Numbered from the stretch's first letter, positions 49,998 through 63,950 are shown. The stretch: DNA of 64,000 nucleotides from Mobula hypostoma (GCF_963921235.1 NC_086097.1:76200001-76264000), one strand, 5' to 3'. The notes: generated by a model not told the origin, from the letters alone. Made by a program: numbers and translations.

Positions 49998-51304
49998 TAT
50001 TATAATATAAATGCTGTTAATTAAAACTTCCATTTGTCAGCATGTACACAATGATTTACAGTTCAAACCATGCCTTCAGAGGCATTGCATCCTAAGAGTC
50101 CTACCTCTAAAGTGTCCATGAGTATACAAATGATTGAAGATGCAAAAGGTCCATCCTGATACACTCCATATAATTCAACATTCAAAATTCCAGTCCAACT
50201 ACTTACCCTTGACCACATCTAAACTTACAGTTTATGCTCTCACCACCACTGCCACCATCAATGCTCATCCCCCACATCACAGGCCTCATTGAGGCTTTGG
50301 CCATGCTGAATACAATCTCCAAGGAGTACATGAAGAGCAATTTTTCTGGGCCAAAAATATGCAACATCTGGTCAGTCATATATGGGAAGTTGGGCACTGG
50401 GTAATTTGAGAGTTCAGCTGAATTTCAACTCAATTACAACATTTAGTTTAAGTAGAAATGATAAAGCTCATAATTTGGGCCTTTAGTAGGTCAAACTGTC
50501 AATACAAGGGAACAAAATAACTAACATCAGCTTCCAGGGTCTTGGCAAGATGATACTGTGAGATTGTCTCTGCTAGTCTCTTGGAATTGTACTCACACAT
50601 CAACACGGAAAACTCACCTTTGTCACAAACAAAAGTAGATAATCTGGTTGCCTAAACTTTTGCACCTAGTCTCAGAATTGACCAAATAATATTTGTTATT
50701 AGAGATATTGATCAAAGAGTTGATCAAGATGTAAGGTAATACAATTCTGCTAGCTCACAAGCCCACTCTACCAAACCACCAGCTCACATCTGCACACTGT
50801 CATTACCATCTCATATCTGTCTCTTACAACCTAGAAGAAACTATAATGATATTATTAACCATGAGTAATTTAAATGGGCAGCGGGAGATTGAGGATGAAA
50901 TGGGGTATCCAACAATGCATTAATGAAGCTTCTTTCCTAAGTCACTAGCAAATCACCTGTGATAGTGATCACAAACACTTAATGGTATAGAATTGCATAC
51001 TAAATGCAAAATTTTAATAAATTGTTATTTTTATTGTATGTGAAAGTCAATAATACTTTACTTTTTTGAAGAAGTCTCACCATGCAGTGAGGTTGCAAAT
51101 ACTGTGCAAATTCTAAACTTGTGAAAATTTAAGTGCAGATTTCCTGGCATAAAAGCTTGAGAAGTATCAGGAAGCATCTGCTCCACTGTTGAACCCCAGT
51201 GTTACAGTGCAATAAGTAAATAAACTGTTACAGCTGGGTCAGCATGTTTGAGACATCTGCATTTGTGTGGGAGTCCTGAACTTGCTGGAATGCAATGGAA
51301 CATA

Positions 51305-52621
51305 CAGTTTCATGCAAAAATCTTAGTCACCCTAGATTTTTTTAAATATAAATTTTGCTCTAGATGTTTATTTTTTGTCTTCTGCATTTGTATGTCAGTA
51401 CAAAAGAGCAAATTTTAGATATCCAAACATTCATTTTCCAGAAAAAAGTTGGAGAGAAATTTTTGTATTAAGTAATAAGAGCACTTTTCAAATAAAAACT
51501 TGATTACTTTGTAGATAGGTATATAGCCCAGTGTATGATTAAACAAAGATAACAAACAGGTACTAATGATCAATGGTATAATGAGTTGAATGAACTAAAC
51601 TGACTAACTGAAACAGAAAACGGTGTAGAAGGATAACCAAACTAAAAGGTGAGGGTGTGGCAGATGTGACCGTTGACCTTCATATCAATTTTTACGGCAT
51701 GACAAGAGTGAGCATAGAAACAAGTCACAAGCTGGGCATCCTGGATCAGGAAGGTCTCTCCCAAACAGAAATTTTGCGGCAGACAGGATTTTCAAGATGT
51801 ACTGTCTAAACTCTTCAGAAGAAGCACAAAGAAACAGGCAAGGTTGAGGACCAGAAATGCAGTGGTCAGTCACAGAAACAGAGTGCAGCAGACGAGAGAT
51901 ACATCAAACTGACTTCCCTAGGTGTCCACATACGTCCATCTACAGTCCACAGGAGTCTTGTCAGAAGTGGTCTTCATGGAAGAATTGCTGCCTAAAAGCC
52001 ATTCCTCTGAAGCGGAAACAAAGCCAAGAGACTCACTAATGCACAAAAACACAAGGACTGGGGTGCTGAACAATGGCAGCAAGTGCTCTGGACTGAGGAG
52101 GCAAAATTTGAAATTTTTGACTCAAACAGGAGGCAGTTTGTTCATAGAGGAATTGGGGTCCTCTACATGGATGCATGTCTGCAGCCAACAGTGAAGCACA
52201 GCAGAGGTTCCCTGCAGGTTCTGCAAATGGAGTTGGTGATCTGGTTAGAATTAATGGAATATGCAATGCTGAGAAGTACAAGCAGATTCTCCTCCATCAC
52301 GCAACACCATCAGGGAGGTGTCTAATTGGTCCCAACTTCACTCTGCAGTAAGACATTGACCCCAAACACATGGCTGAGGTCATAAAGAACTCCCAGCTGA
52401 TTTTCTTATAAAGCTTCATGATTGTGTACCTAAAGGAACTGATGCAGTTTTAAAGGCAAAGAGTGGTTGCACCAAATATTGATTTGATTTAGATTTCTAC
52501 TGTTTACTGATCTTTATAGTAGTTTTTTTGATACTTAGAAACTTTTCATTTCATTTTTTTGAAAGCATCTTCTCTTTACAGAATTTTTTTTACACGTGCC
52601 TAAGATTTTTGCACGATATTG
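51305..52621 (+). mobile_element. Tc1 transposon, decayed
   Basis: TA-flanked terminal inverted repeats CAGTTTCATGCAAAAATCTTAGTCAC / GTGCCTAAGATTTTTGCACGATATTG. Remnants VLWTEEAKFEIFDSNRRQFV..CLQPTVKHSRGSLQV and LQ*DIDPKH. Confidence 0.9.
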
Positions 52622-52968
52622 TAGGCAGGCAAAAAAACAGGCCATTGATTTTAGTCGACTTGCACTGAAAGTAGCACGCTTTTATTTTAGTCTTGTGGTA
52701 ATATTTATTTTGTGTTATCTTGTAATATTTTAAAAATATTTTCTTGCAATTTTTAATACTGACAACCATGTGATCTAAATCTGTGATTTCTGCAATACTT
52801 AGTCAAATAGTTTAAGATTAATTTTGTATCATTTTCATGAAGGTAATAGGAATCAAAAGTTTGCTATGAAAATCCAATTACCATTGAAAATGTGTGAACT
52901 CATAAGGAGATGAAATTTACTTCGAGAGGCATTTTGGAAAGAGGCGCAAGACTATATTTCTACATATA

Positions 52969-53061
52969 GTCCTCATGAAGGGTCTTGGCCCAAAATGTCA
53001 ACTCTATTCCTCTCTATAGATGCTACTTGACCTGTTGAGTTCCTTCATCATTTTGTGGAAC
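52969..53061 (+). mobile_element. Short Penelope-like terminal-repeat insertion
   Basis: GTCCTCATGAAGGGTCTTGGCCCAAAATGTCAACT..AGATGCTACTTGACCTGTTGAGTTCC. 10-bp TSD TCTACATATA at 52959-52968 and 53062-53071. Confidence 0.8.
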
Positions 53062-55329
53062 TCTACATATACTTAATAATGTATTTACATATATTTACAA
53101 TGCCTTGAATAGTGAAAGATGAAGGGCAAAGGTAGAGATTTGAATATTTTATTCCCCTTGTTTAACAGGATGAATTGAATAAACAGCACTAAAATCATTA
53201 GCAGCAATTTGGAATGTAGAACCAAATATAATTCAGAGGAATGATATTGGTCCAATTTTAGAATGTTTTATTTGAAAGCATCTGGGCCTATGACCTTGAT
53301 ATTGCTTGCAAATAGAAGCAGTTACAAGACTACAGTTCATTTGTCACTAGAAATTGTAGTCCTGAACCTATTAGGTATAGCAGGCAACATGGTTGTCCGT
53401 ATGTTCCATCACAGGGCCTCCATTGCAGTGCAGCAGCAGAGTGTGGTCTTGCTAAGATTTCCAACTATTTATGCAAGAGAATTAGTATTTAAACCTTATT
53501 ATGGGTTAGATCTAGTGCAAGATCCACATCCTTCATTTCTCTCTCTTTCATCGTAAGACAAAAGTGAAGAAAATAAGGGAGAATGAATTTTAAATTATTG
53601 TAACATTAAGCATTTTAATTTTGCTTAATGTTACAATAATTTCTAACCATTTCAGCTAATTTAGCAATTAATTTTTTAACAAATATTTAGTTCATTGCTG
53701 ATATTGCTCCGAATGTCAGAGACATTCAATATTCCTTCTAGCTTTGACAGCCAGTAATGCTGAGCAAAAGGGATTCCCACTTGTCAAAGCTCTCAGTGTC
53801 ATTTCAGGACAGAACTCTGTGCTACTGGAGTCACTGGTGCTATTCAAACCACAATGTTGGAATTCAGGAAGGTTTGGGTCTGTAGTTTTAACCCAGTTGA
53901 AGTATGTGGGTAGCTGGAGGGTCAACACAGACGTGACTTTCAATTTTAAAGTAACTTTCAGAAGATATCCTATCTCATTTAACCATCTTCAGTGTGAACC
54001 ACTGTGTTTGCCACAACATCTTACATAACACTGAACTAAGCTTCTGTACCATATGTACTCCATCACAAATGCTGCTAGTTCTACCTTGGTAATATTGCCA
54101 GTCTTCACCTATACTTCAGTCCACATGCTGCCAAACTCCCTGTACATTTTATTGATTTCCAGCTTCTATTTCAATTCCTCCTTGATAGCTGTCCTACACT
54201 TCTGCTCTCCCAAGCCATTGTCCATTATTCATCTAAATCCCACTCTTAGCAAGTTCTATTTGATCATCACTCCTCAGCTTGTTGACCTATATTGGCTCCT
54301 GTTCCACAACATTTCAAATTCATAAATATCCTCATATTCAAATATCTTCATGGCTTTGTTAATAGAGGTATGGTATGTATGGCTACCTTTGCCATTTCAA
54401 AGAAATTCATGTTGCATCATAAAGTTTTTATTTGTTCATTTTTCTGGACGAGGGCATTGCAGGTGAGGCCAGTATTTATTGGCCATTCTGTGGGTTTCTA
54501 GCTCAAAGGCAGTATGGCAACAGAATAGACCTATACTGAAAACCACAAATTGTGATGTGTGAGCTTGGCACCACAATCCACATTCATCAAGTTACTGTTA
54601 TCAATTGCTATGTTCTGAAGAGGAATCCAAATGAGAACAACAATCTATCAAAAGGAGATGAAGAAAAACTGCCCCGGGATGCTCCAGTAAAACATCTAGC
54701 CATCATTTCTGTTCACTTCTCTTTTGTAATTCTGAAAGTTCCAAGATTTTTGACCTTGCCAATTTTATTTTAAAATAATTGCAATTATATGAAGATCTAT
54801 CACATTTGAAATTATAAGGGGCATCCGATGTAAAGAATATACTCAAGAATTTCATACTTCTGACATAAATCTTCCATAATATTTCCTTTACAATGGTATA
54901 TGCTTTTATTATAAAACATGGAAGAGATCAGCTATGCATGTCAATTGTATGACACCAATAATTTTGGATTAATTTTCTTTAAACCAGTTTTCAGAGCAGT
55001 CCAATATAGGAATAAGCATTTGTGGATCACTTGCAGGTGCTAGAACTGACTGCAATAATGACAGCAGAATACAGAATTCATTACGTCAAAATCCATCTCT
55101 AATCATACTCATTGAGTCAAAGGACACCAGGCATTTACATTTAAACTCAGGCTTTAGTGGTCAGTAACTAGCCTGGAAGGACAGGAGCAATAAATGTACT
55201 TTTTTTTATAGGGCTGGGGGAGCAGACCTTGATTACCTCCATAGGTCTCCATAAACATCCCTACAACATACAATTCCATTGCTTTGCTGTTGCCTGAAAC
55301 TTCTTCACTTCCTCTGTATTCACTGATGG

Positions 55330-56000
55330 CTTGGTTAAAATTTCCTCACTGAGATGACTGATGTCATTTTGTTTGAGAGCATTATGTTGCCTCATTCTTC
55401 ATAACTTCCACAATTATCACGCCAGATTGAGTAAGGCTGCTCAAAATGTCACAGATTCTTAGCTGAATTATCAATCTGATATCCTCTCCATCACTTCTCC
55501 CCTTTCAACCCTCATCCAATCTTTTGTTACATCTTGTTTTGCTCAAAGTGTGTCTCCTACTTTCAACCTTCTGTAAACTCCAGAGTAAGCAAAACTTTTC
55601 CATATGTATTGTGTTCCGAAGACAGGTCTCACTCACGTAACACTATTGTTGTTGCCAAGCCACATTGAGCCCTTGTCTTCAAACACTCTATAATCCCCAA
55701 GCTTATATCTAAATCTCTGTTCAATAACCTGTATTATTATGCAATATTATTTCTCTACCCTTGGCCTCTCAATTTACTCTTTCCTCCTTCACTCACTACA
55801 GGCAGCTGTTCCTTCTACTCTCTGAGCTTAAAGTTATGGAATCTTTACATAAACAACTTCATCTCCTGTCTTCTTTAAGTATCTTGCGCATAAAATGTAC
55901 CTTATGACTCTTCCTAATATGTGCTCTTTGTATTGACTTCTGTTTTTGTCTGATTGCACCTTTAAGAAGCTCTCTGGGATGCTTTTCCATGTGGAGCCGC
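55330..56000 (+). mobile_element. Old L2-type LINE remnant
   Basis: GGCAGCTGTTCCTTC..TATGGAATCTTTACATAAACAACTTCATCTC..CTTTAAG..AAGCTCTCTGGGATGCTTTTCCATGT. Boundaries approximate. Confidence 0.4.
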
Positions 56001-56554
56001 TGACATCTATTTTACCTATCTGCAGGGAACCACTAAAATAAAATATGTTTTATAAATGTGTGCAATCCAGGGAGGCCTGGCTCTTCAACTGTATACTTCA
56101 GAGACATCTATTGTCTTTTGGATAGATCCCATCCGTGAATTCCTAATGTGTCAGTGGGTGAAGCGCTTTACTTGTAATATGCCATCATTAAACTGGTCCT
56201 GTCCTCTCTATCTGCAACCTGCTTATTTAATGTGTGAACAACCCTAGTAACTACAGGAATGAGTGAACAACATTTACACTTTAGGGAAAAATTGGAGTTC
56301 ATTTCACAGCATTCAGCTTTAGTTTCTCCCTCTGCATTTCATCCTGTGTGATTGAATCCTTTGTTTGATTGACCACAAGTCCCTTTAGATTTTTTTTCTA
56401 TTCTGTTAGCTTTCAAATCATATTTATTGTGTGCTGATGTGGGTTTCCAAAATATTACTTAAGTCCTATTAAGAAATATTATTCAGTTTGAGCTATAACA
56501 CCAGCAATTCATCCTTTTGATAGAAGTACAGCATTACCTGATGGGGAGATAAAG

Positions 56555-56980
56555 GCATGGCACCCTTTCTAGGTGAAGCAGCAATTTAATTTACATCTTC
56601 CAAATTAGTGTCCTGCTACTGGTGCTCACAATGTGGATTCTTAAGCATTGAAAATACGTAAATAGCTGATTATCTAAAATTGCTGAAATCAGCATGGAGA
56701 ATGGAAGGCTATTATGTGCCTAGTTAGAAGATGAAGAGCTGTACTTCAAATATTGAGCTTGAATGTAATGGTAAATGATCAAAGAAAAAGAGGTCTGAGT
56801 GGGAGAGGAATATTAAAGTAATAAACAAATGGAAGCTCAGGGTCAAACAATCTGCCAAGAGGTTAACTAATTTGCATATGGTGTCCCCATTGAAGAGGAG
56901 AGCACAGAGTGAGCATCAAATATAGGACATTAATCTGGAAGAAGTATAAGTAAATGGCTGTTTCACATGGAAACAGTTCC
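56555..56980. mobile_element. Old Penelope-like GIY-YIG fragments in inverted arrangement
   Basis: 56571-56650 (AGGTGAAGCAGCAATTT..GGTGCTCACAATGTGG) is a diverged inverse of 56885-56970. Both resemble the QVRRHFTC..YC..CS..CG coding segment at 5800-5870. Confidence 0.55.
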
Positions 56981-58514
56981 ATATCTCTGATCAAGAGACT
57001 TTCCTGGCTGGAAGTGCAGAATGAATTAGCTTAGATTTGTTTAGAATCCAGAAAATCTGCTTCTTACAAATACTGGAGAGAACATGGGAGGTATGATTCA
57101 AGGCTTTTTTTAAATCATCAAAGAAAGTGACAAAATGGAGGTTCCTGTCTTGTTGATTACTACAAACTAAAAAAACCCCACAAAGGAAACAACATAAGTA
57201 GGTGCAATGGTATGGCCAGTATTTAAGTGGATGCAGACTCATTTGAAAGGTTATGCACCATGAAGCAGCTGAATAATGAATGTGAACATACTGTACATTT
57301 AATTGACAATGCAAGTGAAATGAGTTGCAACTCCTTATTGTTCCATATTTATATTTTCTTAAGACATGAAAGCACCAGCCTTTAATTCAAAAAATGTCTA
57401 ATGGAGATTTTTATATGTTTTTTTACAGCTATACTTTCAATGGAGAAAATGGGGTATTCAAACACTAATGTTGGGATGTGAAATTAAATGGGTTGGATTG
57501 CATTGCTTGAGAAGAACTGTCAGCTAGCTGCAGTGTACAGTCACTGTATATGCCTCCGCATTGCAATATGGAAGGCTGGAACGTGCTGATGGGCAGATGC
57601 TGGTGCATTTGACTGATCTCCCACTCTGCCACTGGACTCAGATGTCACTCAGTGATGTATTCCTCCCCTCAGCGTAATGCCAGTCTTGGCTGACACCGGG
57701 GCACAATCCCATTCATCTGAATGGGTTCACTGATTTGGATGGAAAGACATGTACAAGTAACTTATGTTTTCCTTAGCATTCTTAGCTATTTCCTAATTCC
57801 TGAAAGCCTGTTAAATTCTTAGGACAATCTTGGTTAGGGGTGGGCTATGCTGCAGTACCCAGTTGCTGTTTATATACCGCTTGACTTTGGGAAACAACCC
57901 TGGAGCTTCTCTGATTTGCAGCACTGCAGAGAGCTGGTGTGTCCACATGACTAATATATTAGCTGTGAGGAGGTATTCAGTTGGTGGTGTTCAAGCATGA
58001 GGACAGGGCCTGGTCAAGTTCAGTCTGGACCAATGTAAAAGTATCTTGCATAACTTTACTTCCTCTAAATTCTGTACTTCCTTAAAGGCAGTTAACATCA
58101 TGTCAAATATAAACAACGGAGTTTAAAAGACTACCTTATCAAGAAGGATTTCTGGAAGTCCAGTAACTTGCTTGTTTTTCCAAAGACATTTTTTTACCAC
58201 CTGATTTTCGTTTATCAACTTGTAAATTAGCTTGTGAAGAACACCTTTATACCACATCATTCACTATTGGTTCCATTGTGAAGTTTGTGTGTATCACCAT
58301 CATTCTTGTTGTTAGCATTCAGTCTGAACATTCTTTAGTTTCAGTGGCAGGAATGTATGAAATATTTTAAGCCCATTTAAAATATACAACCTGAATAAAA
58401 AACTTCAGTTTGTCTTCCAATACCAGGAATAATGAAGTTGTGACATGCTGCAGAAAACTGTTTTTGAAATTCTTATATACTAATGAACAGTCTGAAACAG
58501 AGATCAAGAGCAAA

Positions 58515-58880
58515 AAAGGGGCCAACAGTTTATGCTCACAATGCAGTTTAACAGAGCAAACCACTCCCAAGTGCTTCATAAAAAAAGCAGGGCAAGAGGA
58601 AAACCAGACAAGGTATATACAATAATGCCCGCCATTTATTTTTTTTTAAAGCATAGATCACGTAACTTCTAAAATCCAGACAAGGTAAAAGAAAATATAT
58701 AAAAGAATGAAGGGTTACTTTCAAAACTAGAAAGATCTGTTGGAAGATGAGAAGATTTATGGAAAAGACTGTTGACATCTGGCCACGGTGACTAAAGGCC
58801 CTGGCATTCAGGTGAAATACAGGGAGAAGGGAAATACTTAGTTCAGAGTTAGGTGAGTCTGTCAGGTACAACATCGGTTG
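58515..58880 (-). mobile_element. Old L2-type LINE 3' remnant
   Basis: Minus strand TGAAGCACTTGGGAGTGGTTTGCTCTGTTAAA tail, preceded by GCCAGGGCCTTTAGTCACCGTGGCC. Confidence 0.4.
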
Positions 58881-58934
58881 CAATGCATTGATATAATAAT
58901 AGAAATTATTAATCAAATATACAATAGTTTACTT

Positions 58935-59400
58935 ATTGATATTGGTTTATTATTGTCACAGGTACTGACATATAGGGAAAAGCTTTGCCCTTCCTTTCAG
59001 TTCTGAAGAAGGGGCTTGGCTTAAAACATCAACTTCTTATTGATTTCCATAGATGCTACCTGACCTGCTGTGTTTCTCCAGCATTTTGTGTGTTACTCTG
59101 GGTTTCCAGTACCTGCAGTATCTCTTGTGTTTGAGAAAAGCTTTCGTTTGTATGCTCCCTGGACAGATCATTACATACGTACATTACATCATTACACATG
59201 TACATCAAGAAAGTAAAAAGCAAAACAGAATGTAAAATCTAGTGTTATAGTGCAGAGAAGTTGCAGAGTGGGTACTGCAAGGACCACTACAAGATAGATT
59301 AGGAGATCAAGAGTTCATCTTTTAGCATATATGTGGTTCACTCAGGAGTCCAATAACAGCGGGATAGATGTACAACCAGGGAGGAAGTGGTCCTTGATCG
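58935..59400 (-). mobile_element. Rex1/Babar-type 3' end, interrupted by a Penelope-like repeat
   Basis: ATTGGTTTATTATTGTCACAGGTACTGAC..GAAAAGCTTT | insertion | GTTTGTATGCT..ACAGATCATT..GTTCACTCAGGAGTCCAATAACAGCGGGATAG. Confidence 0.6.
58987..59134 (+). mobile_element. Penelope-like terminal-repeat insertion (long form)
   Basis: CAGTTCTGAAGAAGGGGCTTGGCTTAAAACATCAACT..CCAGCATTTTGTGTGTT..CCTGCAGTATCTCTTGTGTTT. 10-bp TSD GAAAAGCTTT at 58977-58986 and 59135-59144. Confidence 0.8.
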
Positions 59401-59474
59401 TTGCTGTTGTTTTCCAGATGCAGCAGGAAGTGTAGAGAAGAGGGGAGGCTGGTTTGTAATATGGATGGGACTGC

Positions 59475-59745
59475 AAAGTTGGTGCTGGCAAAGGCAGCAT
59501 TTATTGCCTGTCTATAACTGCTGTGAGCTACCTTCCTGAAAGTTTTAAGTTCATCTGGTGAAAGTACTCCCACAATATTGTTGGACAGGGAGTTCCAGAG
59601 CTTAGATTCAGTGACAAAGATGGATGAGCTCGCTATCTCCAACTTGGAATGGAACCTATAGGTGGTGGTGATCCCATGTGGTGTGACCCTCATCTTTCTT
59701 GGGAATTGAGATAGGAGTAGCCAGGACAAGAGTCTGCAGTGCATG
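59475..59745 (-). mobile_element. Old CR1/L2-group LINE 3' end
   Basis: Minus-strand SSIFVTESKLWNSLSNNIVG..ELKTFRKVAH followed by CAATAAATGCTGCCTTTGCCAGCA. Confidence 0.55.
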
Positions 59746-60254
59746 TTTTAGGTCTGAAGTTGGTGATCTGGAACAGGAAATCACAAAAGTCAGTGGGAAT
59801 TATGTTAATATGTAAATAGACTTAATACAGATTAATGTGCATTTGAATGGGTTCTAAATATATGCTTGAATTTCTGTGGAGTGTATTTTATTAGGTCAGT
59901 TAGGAGAGCATTGGAAACATTTATAATGTTAAGGACATAGCTGAAGGTTTAAGTGATGGGGTGAGAGAAGAACGGAGATGAGTGATGTTTGGGTATAAAA
60001 GTCTAAAGGCAATCAACTACCCTGCGGATTGAGCTTCTGCCTACATCACTGCAGGAACTCTGGCATTGATGGCATTGACCTGATGGAAATTTTCAATCAA
60101 AAACACCTTTTTGAATAAGTTGCTGACTGGAAAACAGCACTTTGCCTTCTGGATATTCGCCACATGCAAATAATAGTGGCAGCCTGACCAACTTATGTTC
60201 TAAATTAACGGAAACATTTAACTTGTCTTAGTGATATTGAAAATAAGAAAGGAT

Positions 60255-60445
60255 GGAATTTATGTACACCTTTTATGACCTCAGTATACTGCAAAGCATT
60301 TTTACATCCAATTAAGTACTTCTGAAGTGTACCATTTGTAATACAGGGAGACGTGGTAGTCCCTATGCTTACACTTCCACAAACACTAATGAAACAAGCA
60401 CTGATCAAAATCAGAAAGTATCCCCTTGTTCTTTTTCTTCTTATA
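60255..60445 (-). mobile_element. Decayed DeuSINE-type (SacSINE1-like) SINE
   Basis: ATTTATGTACACCTTTTATGACCTCAG..CAAAGCATTTTTACATCCAATTAAGTACTTCTGAAGTGTA..CCACAAACACTAATG, matched to my recollection of the family. Confidence 0.45.
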
Positions 60446-62250
60446 GTACTACATGAAACTTAAAGTAAATGTAAATTAAAATCTCATTTAAGTGAGATTG
60501 TGAATTAATGACAGATTTTCCCCTCAAAATATAAATTTACAGTTCTTAATTATTAAATAGTTATTATTGAATTTTGATGATTAGTTCTTCATTCAGAAGT
60601 CCTCACATGAGTGCCATCTGATTCTGTCTGAAAAATCAACCATAAATTAACTAATTGTCTATTGATTTAAGGTAACCAAAATCTCTTTAAAAATTTTCCC
60701 TGGAATATATTACAATGAATGATTCTGATAAATAAATTTGATCTTAAGTTATTTATCATTAAGAAATATGATATGTTTTATCATTTAAAATAAATAAGAA
60801 ATAAGTCAAAACACCATAAGGGTTGAAGAGCTAAGATAATAGTTGTGAAGAAAAGGTTATTGGAATTAAAGAAAACAATGTGTAATGAAACCAGAATCCA
60901 ATCTGATTATGGTGTCTACATTTAATGCATTTTGAATAAAACTAAATAATTAAAATGGGAAAGAATTCTTCAAGTTAACTCTATGTATTAACATCATAAA
61001 TCCTTTCAGATTTATAATATCATACTGAGGTCACAACAATTCTTGCATATAAACCTTTATTGATTGCATTATTTCCACATTAGGTTACATGCCACTGAAA
61101 TATTTTTACTTCAGCTCACTTAGAAATTGTATTTGTACTAGCTTCAAATCTTTTATTTCTTTTATATTTGGCCTGTTTTAATACTATTTCAATTTTGCTT
61201 CTTGTTAGAGCTCCTTAGCAATTTCTTTTATTAAGTGGTTCACAGATTGAATGCACTTTCAATATTTTAGCTACTTTAATTTTTCCTTAGAAGAGAACAA
61301 CGCAAAAAAGAACTTTGATCTTATGGAAACACAGCAATGAAATAAATTTGAGCTTTGCTGTTTCAAGATGTGACCTAACATTTTTCATGTATGACATGAA
61401 AGCAACAAAAATGCCTTTAAACTAATAACACTCAAATTCTCACAATGGAAATTTATGTTCTCAATAACCCCAAGTTCATTTGGCTGTATAACTAAAGTAC
61501 ACCTGCATGTCATATAGAGGTGAACATCATAAATGCAGAAGTGTAGTGACCCATAAAATTTTGATATATTTAGAAGCTACTGAAAAATAACAAATTGCAA
61601 GTGCATGTTAGGATAAAAAGATCATTTAGATCTGGATATTCGTTCTGAAATTATGTGCATGTAACCAAAAGGATCAAAGGATGTTTGGTCAACTTAAAGG
61701 CTGTATTCAAATTTGTGATAAATGAATACAGTAGCTGTTCACTATGACACATGCTTTGATATCATATGCATTGTTTATGGCTCATTAATAAGCAAGACCC
61801 TATAAATCATCCTCTCTATAACATCCTCTTCACTTCCATAAAGATTGTGTAACCTCAGTGACAACTTTATTATAAGGATATAATGCAGTAAAATACAATT
61901 CAATTGATGTCACATGGACACTCTGGAACTTGAAGGCACAATGCGAGAACAAGGCATAAACCATAAAGCAAACTGATCATATTTTTAAAGAACTTAATTC
62001 ATGTGATTTCTAATGTTAAATTTAAATAATGTCCCTAGGGTGTTTTTTTACATGGAAATGTTATGGTGTGGATGATAGAAAAATAATATGAAGGGTACAT
62101 TACTGAAGTAGAGTGAATGAAATAGCATTATTTTCACCGACAGAGCAGTTTACCTGCCTGAAAGAAAAGCAGTGCACAGGAATTTCACAATACCTAGTAA
62201 TTTGGAGACAATCGCAGTTTTCCAGTTTATATTGAAAATTAGCACATAAA

Positions 62251-63950
62251 AAGAACATAAGAATTTGAAGAATTTGAAGAAGTAGTGGGCCATTTGGAAC
62301 CTTACTTCTATTCCACCAGTCAATAGGATTATACTTCAGCATCACCTTCAGAACTAAACCTACAGTACGTTATTGATTTGCTTAAAATATTTAAAATTTT
62401 TTCCAATCTCTGTCATTGAATATACTCAGCAATGGAGCCTCTACAGACCTCTTGGGTGGTGAATTCTAAAGACTCACCACCCACTAAAGGAAGACATTTC
62501 TCATATCTGTTCATATTTTGAGATTGTGATCTCTGCCTTTATGCACACCAGCTAGGAGAAGCATTAACTCTGGATCCACCCTATCAAGTCCCTTAAGAAT
62601 TTCTTTACGTACCAATGAGATCATCTCTCAATCTTCTAAACTCAAGAGAGGCCTAGTGTGCTTCATCTCTCCTTGTACATCAAAACTATCATCCTGGGGG
62701 TAATCTGGGGAATCTTCGCTGCACTCTCTCTACACTAAAGTATATCCTTCCTTATGTAGGGAGATCAGAACAGGACATAATGTTCCAGATGAGGTCTCAC
62801 TAGGAGTCTCCATAATTGGACCAGGCTGTCTCTACTTATGAACACAAATCCTCTTGCAATATAGTCCAAACCACCATTTGCTTTCCTAACAGCTTGTCAA
62901 ACTTGCATGCTAACTTTCAGTGATTCATGCATCAGGCACTTGGGTCTGGCTGAACAACAATACTTTTCAATTTATCACTCTGTAGAAATAATCTATTGTT
63001 TCAATCAAAGTGGACGATGCCGCATTTTTCCACATTATATTCCATATGCCATGTCCTTGACCAGTCACAGCCTGACCTTCTCTTCGCCCACCCCTCTGCA
63101 ACTCCCACCTGAATCTTCTCTGCATCTTCCTCAATACCCATGTTGCCACCCAAGTTTGTATCATTAGCAAACATGAACATGTTACAACTAAATGCCTTAT
63201 GAAAATCATTCATATATAATTGTTAACAGTTGAGGTTCCAGCAAAGATCCCTACCTCACTGTACCAGTGAAAACCTCCTTTCTGGAAAATGACCCTTTTT
63301 TCCAACTTTGTTGTTTGTCTCTTCACCAATCCTCAATCCACACCAGAATACTTGCTTTAATTTTGTTTAATAATTTCTTGTATGGCACTTCATTGAATGT
63401 CCCAAGTACACAACATCATCATCCTGCAAATATCAAACTCAAAATCTATGATTTTGTCAGCCATAAATCTATGTTGACTCTGACCAATCCTAATCTTATT
63501 TTGCAAGTGCTCTATTACAACTTCCTTAAAAAAGATTCCCTCATTTTCCTTATGAGGCCAGCCTAACTAGTCTATTCTTCCCTATTTTCTCTCATCCTCC
63601 TCTCTTAAGTAGTGGGATTAAATTTCATACATTCCAATCTGTGAAAACTATTCTAGAATCTATGGAATTTTGTAAGATGATAATTAGTGTACCCATTATG
63701 TACTTAATTTCTCTGAAACCAAGATGCAGGTTATCAGATTCTGGGGATCTATGAAGCCTTCAATTCAATTGCTTTCTCAAAGGCTAGATTTTTACATGTT
63801 AATTTCTCAAACTCTTCACTTGTTCCAAAAATGTATTAACTCTCCACTATTGCTGGAAAATTTTCTATGACTTGATCTGTGAAGACATGCAAAATTTTTG
63901 CTTAATTTCTCTGTCACTTTCCTATTCCCTAATAAGTCAGCCTGTAAAGA
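62251..63950 (-). mobile_element. Old CR1 LINE (RT to 3' end), decayed
   Basis: AAGAACATAAGA tail; minus ORF MFANDTNLGG..EEDAEKIQ..WSRTWHMEYNVEKCGIVHF (63001-63213). Confidence 0.8.

Noticed and set aside
62154..62157. Possible 4-nt microexon (tttctttcAG GCAG GTaaac) on the minus strand
   Set aside because: Frameshifting, with a weak donor, and expected by chance in 64 kb.
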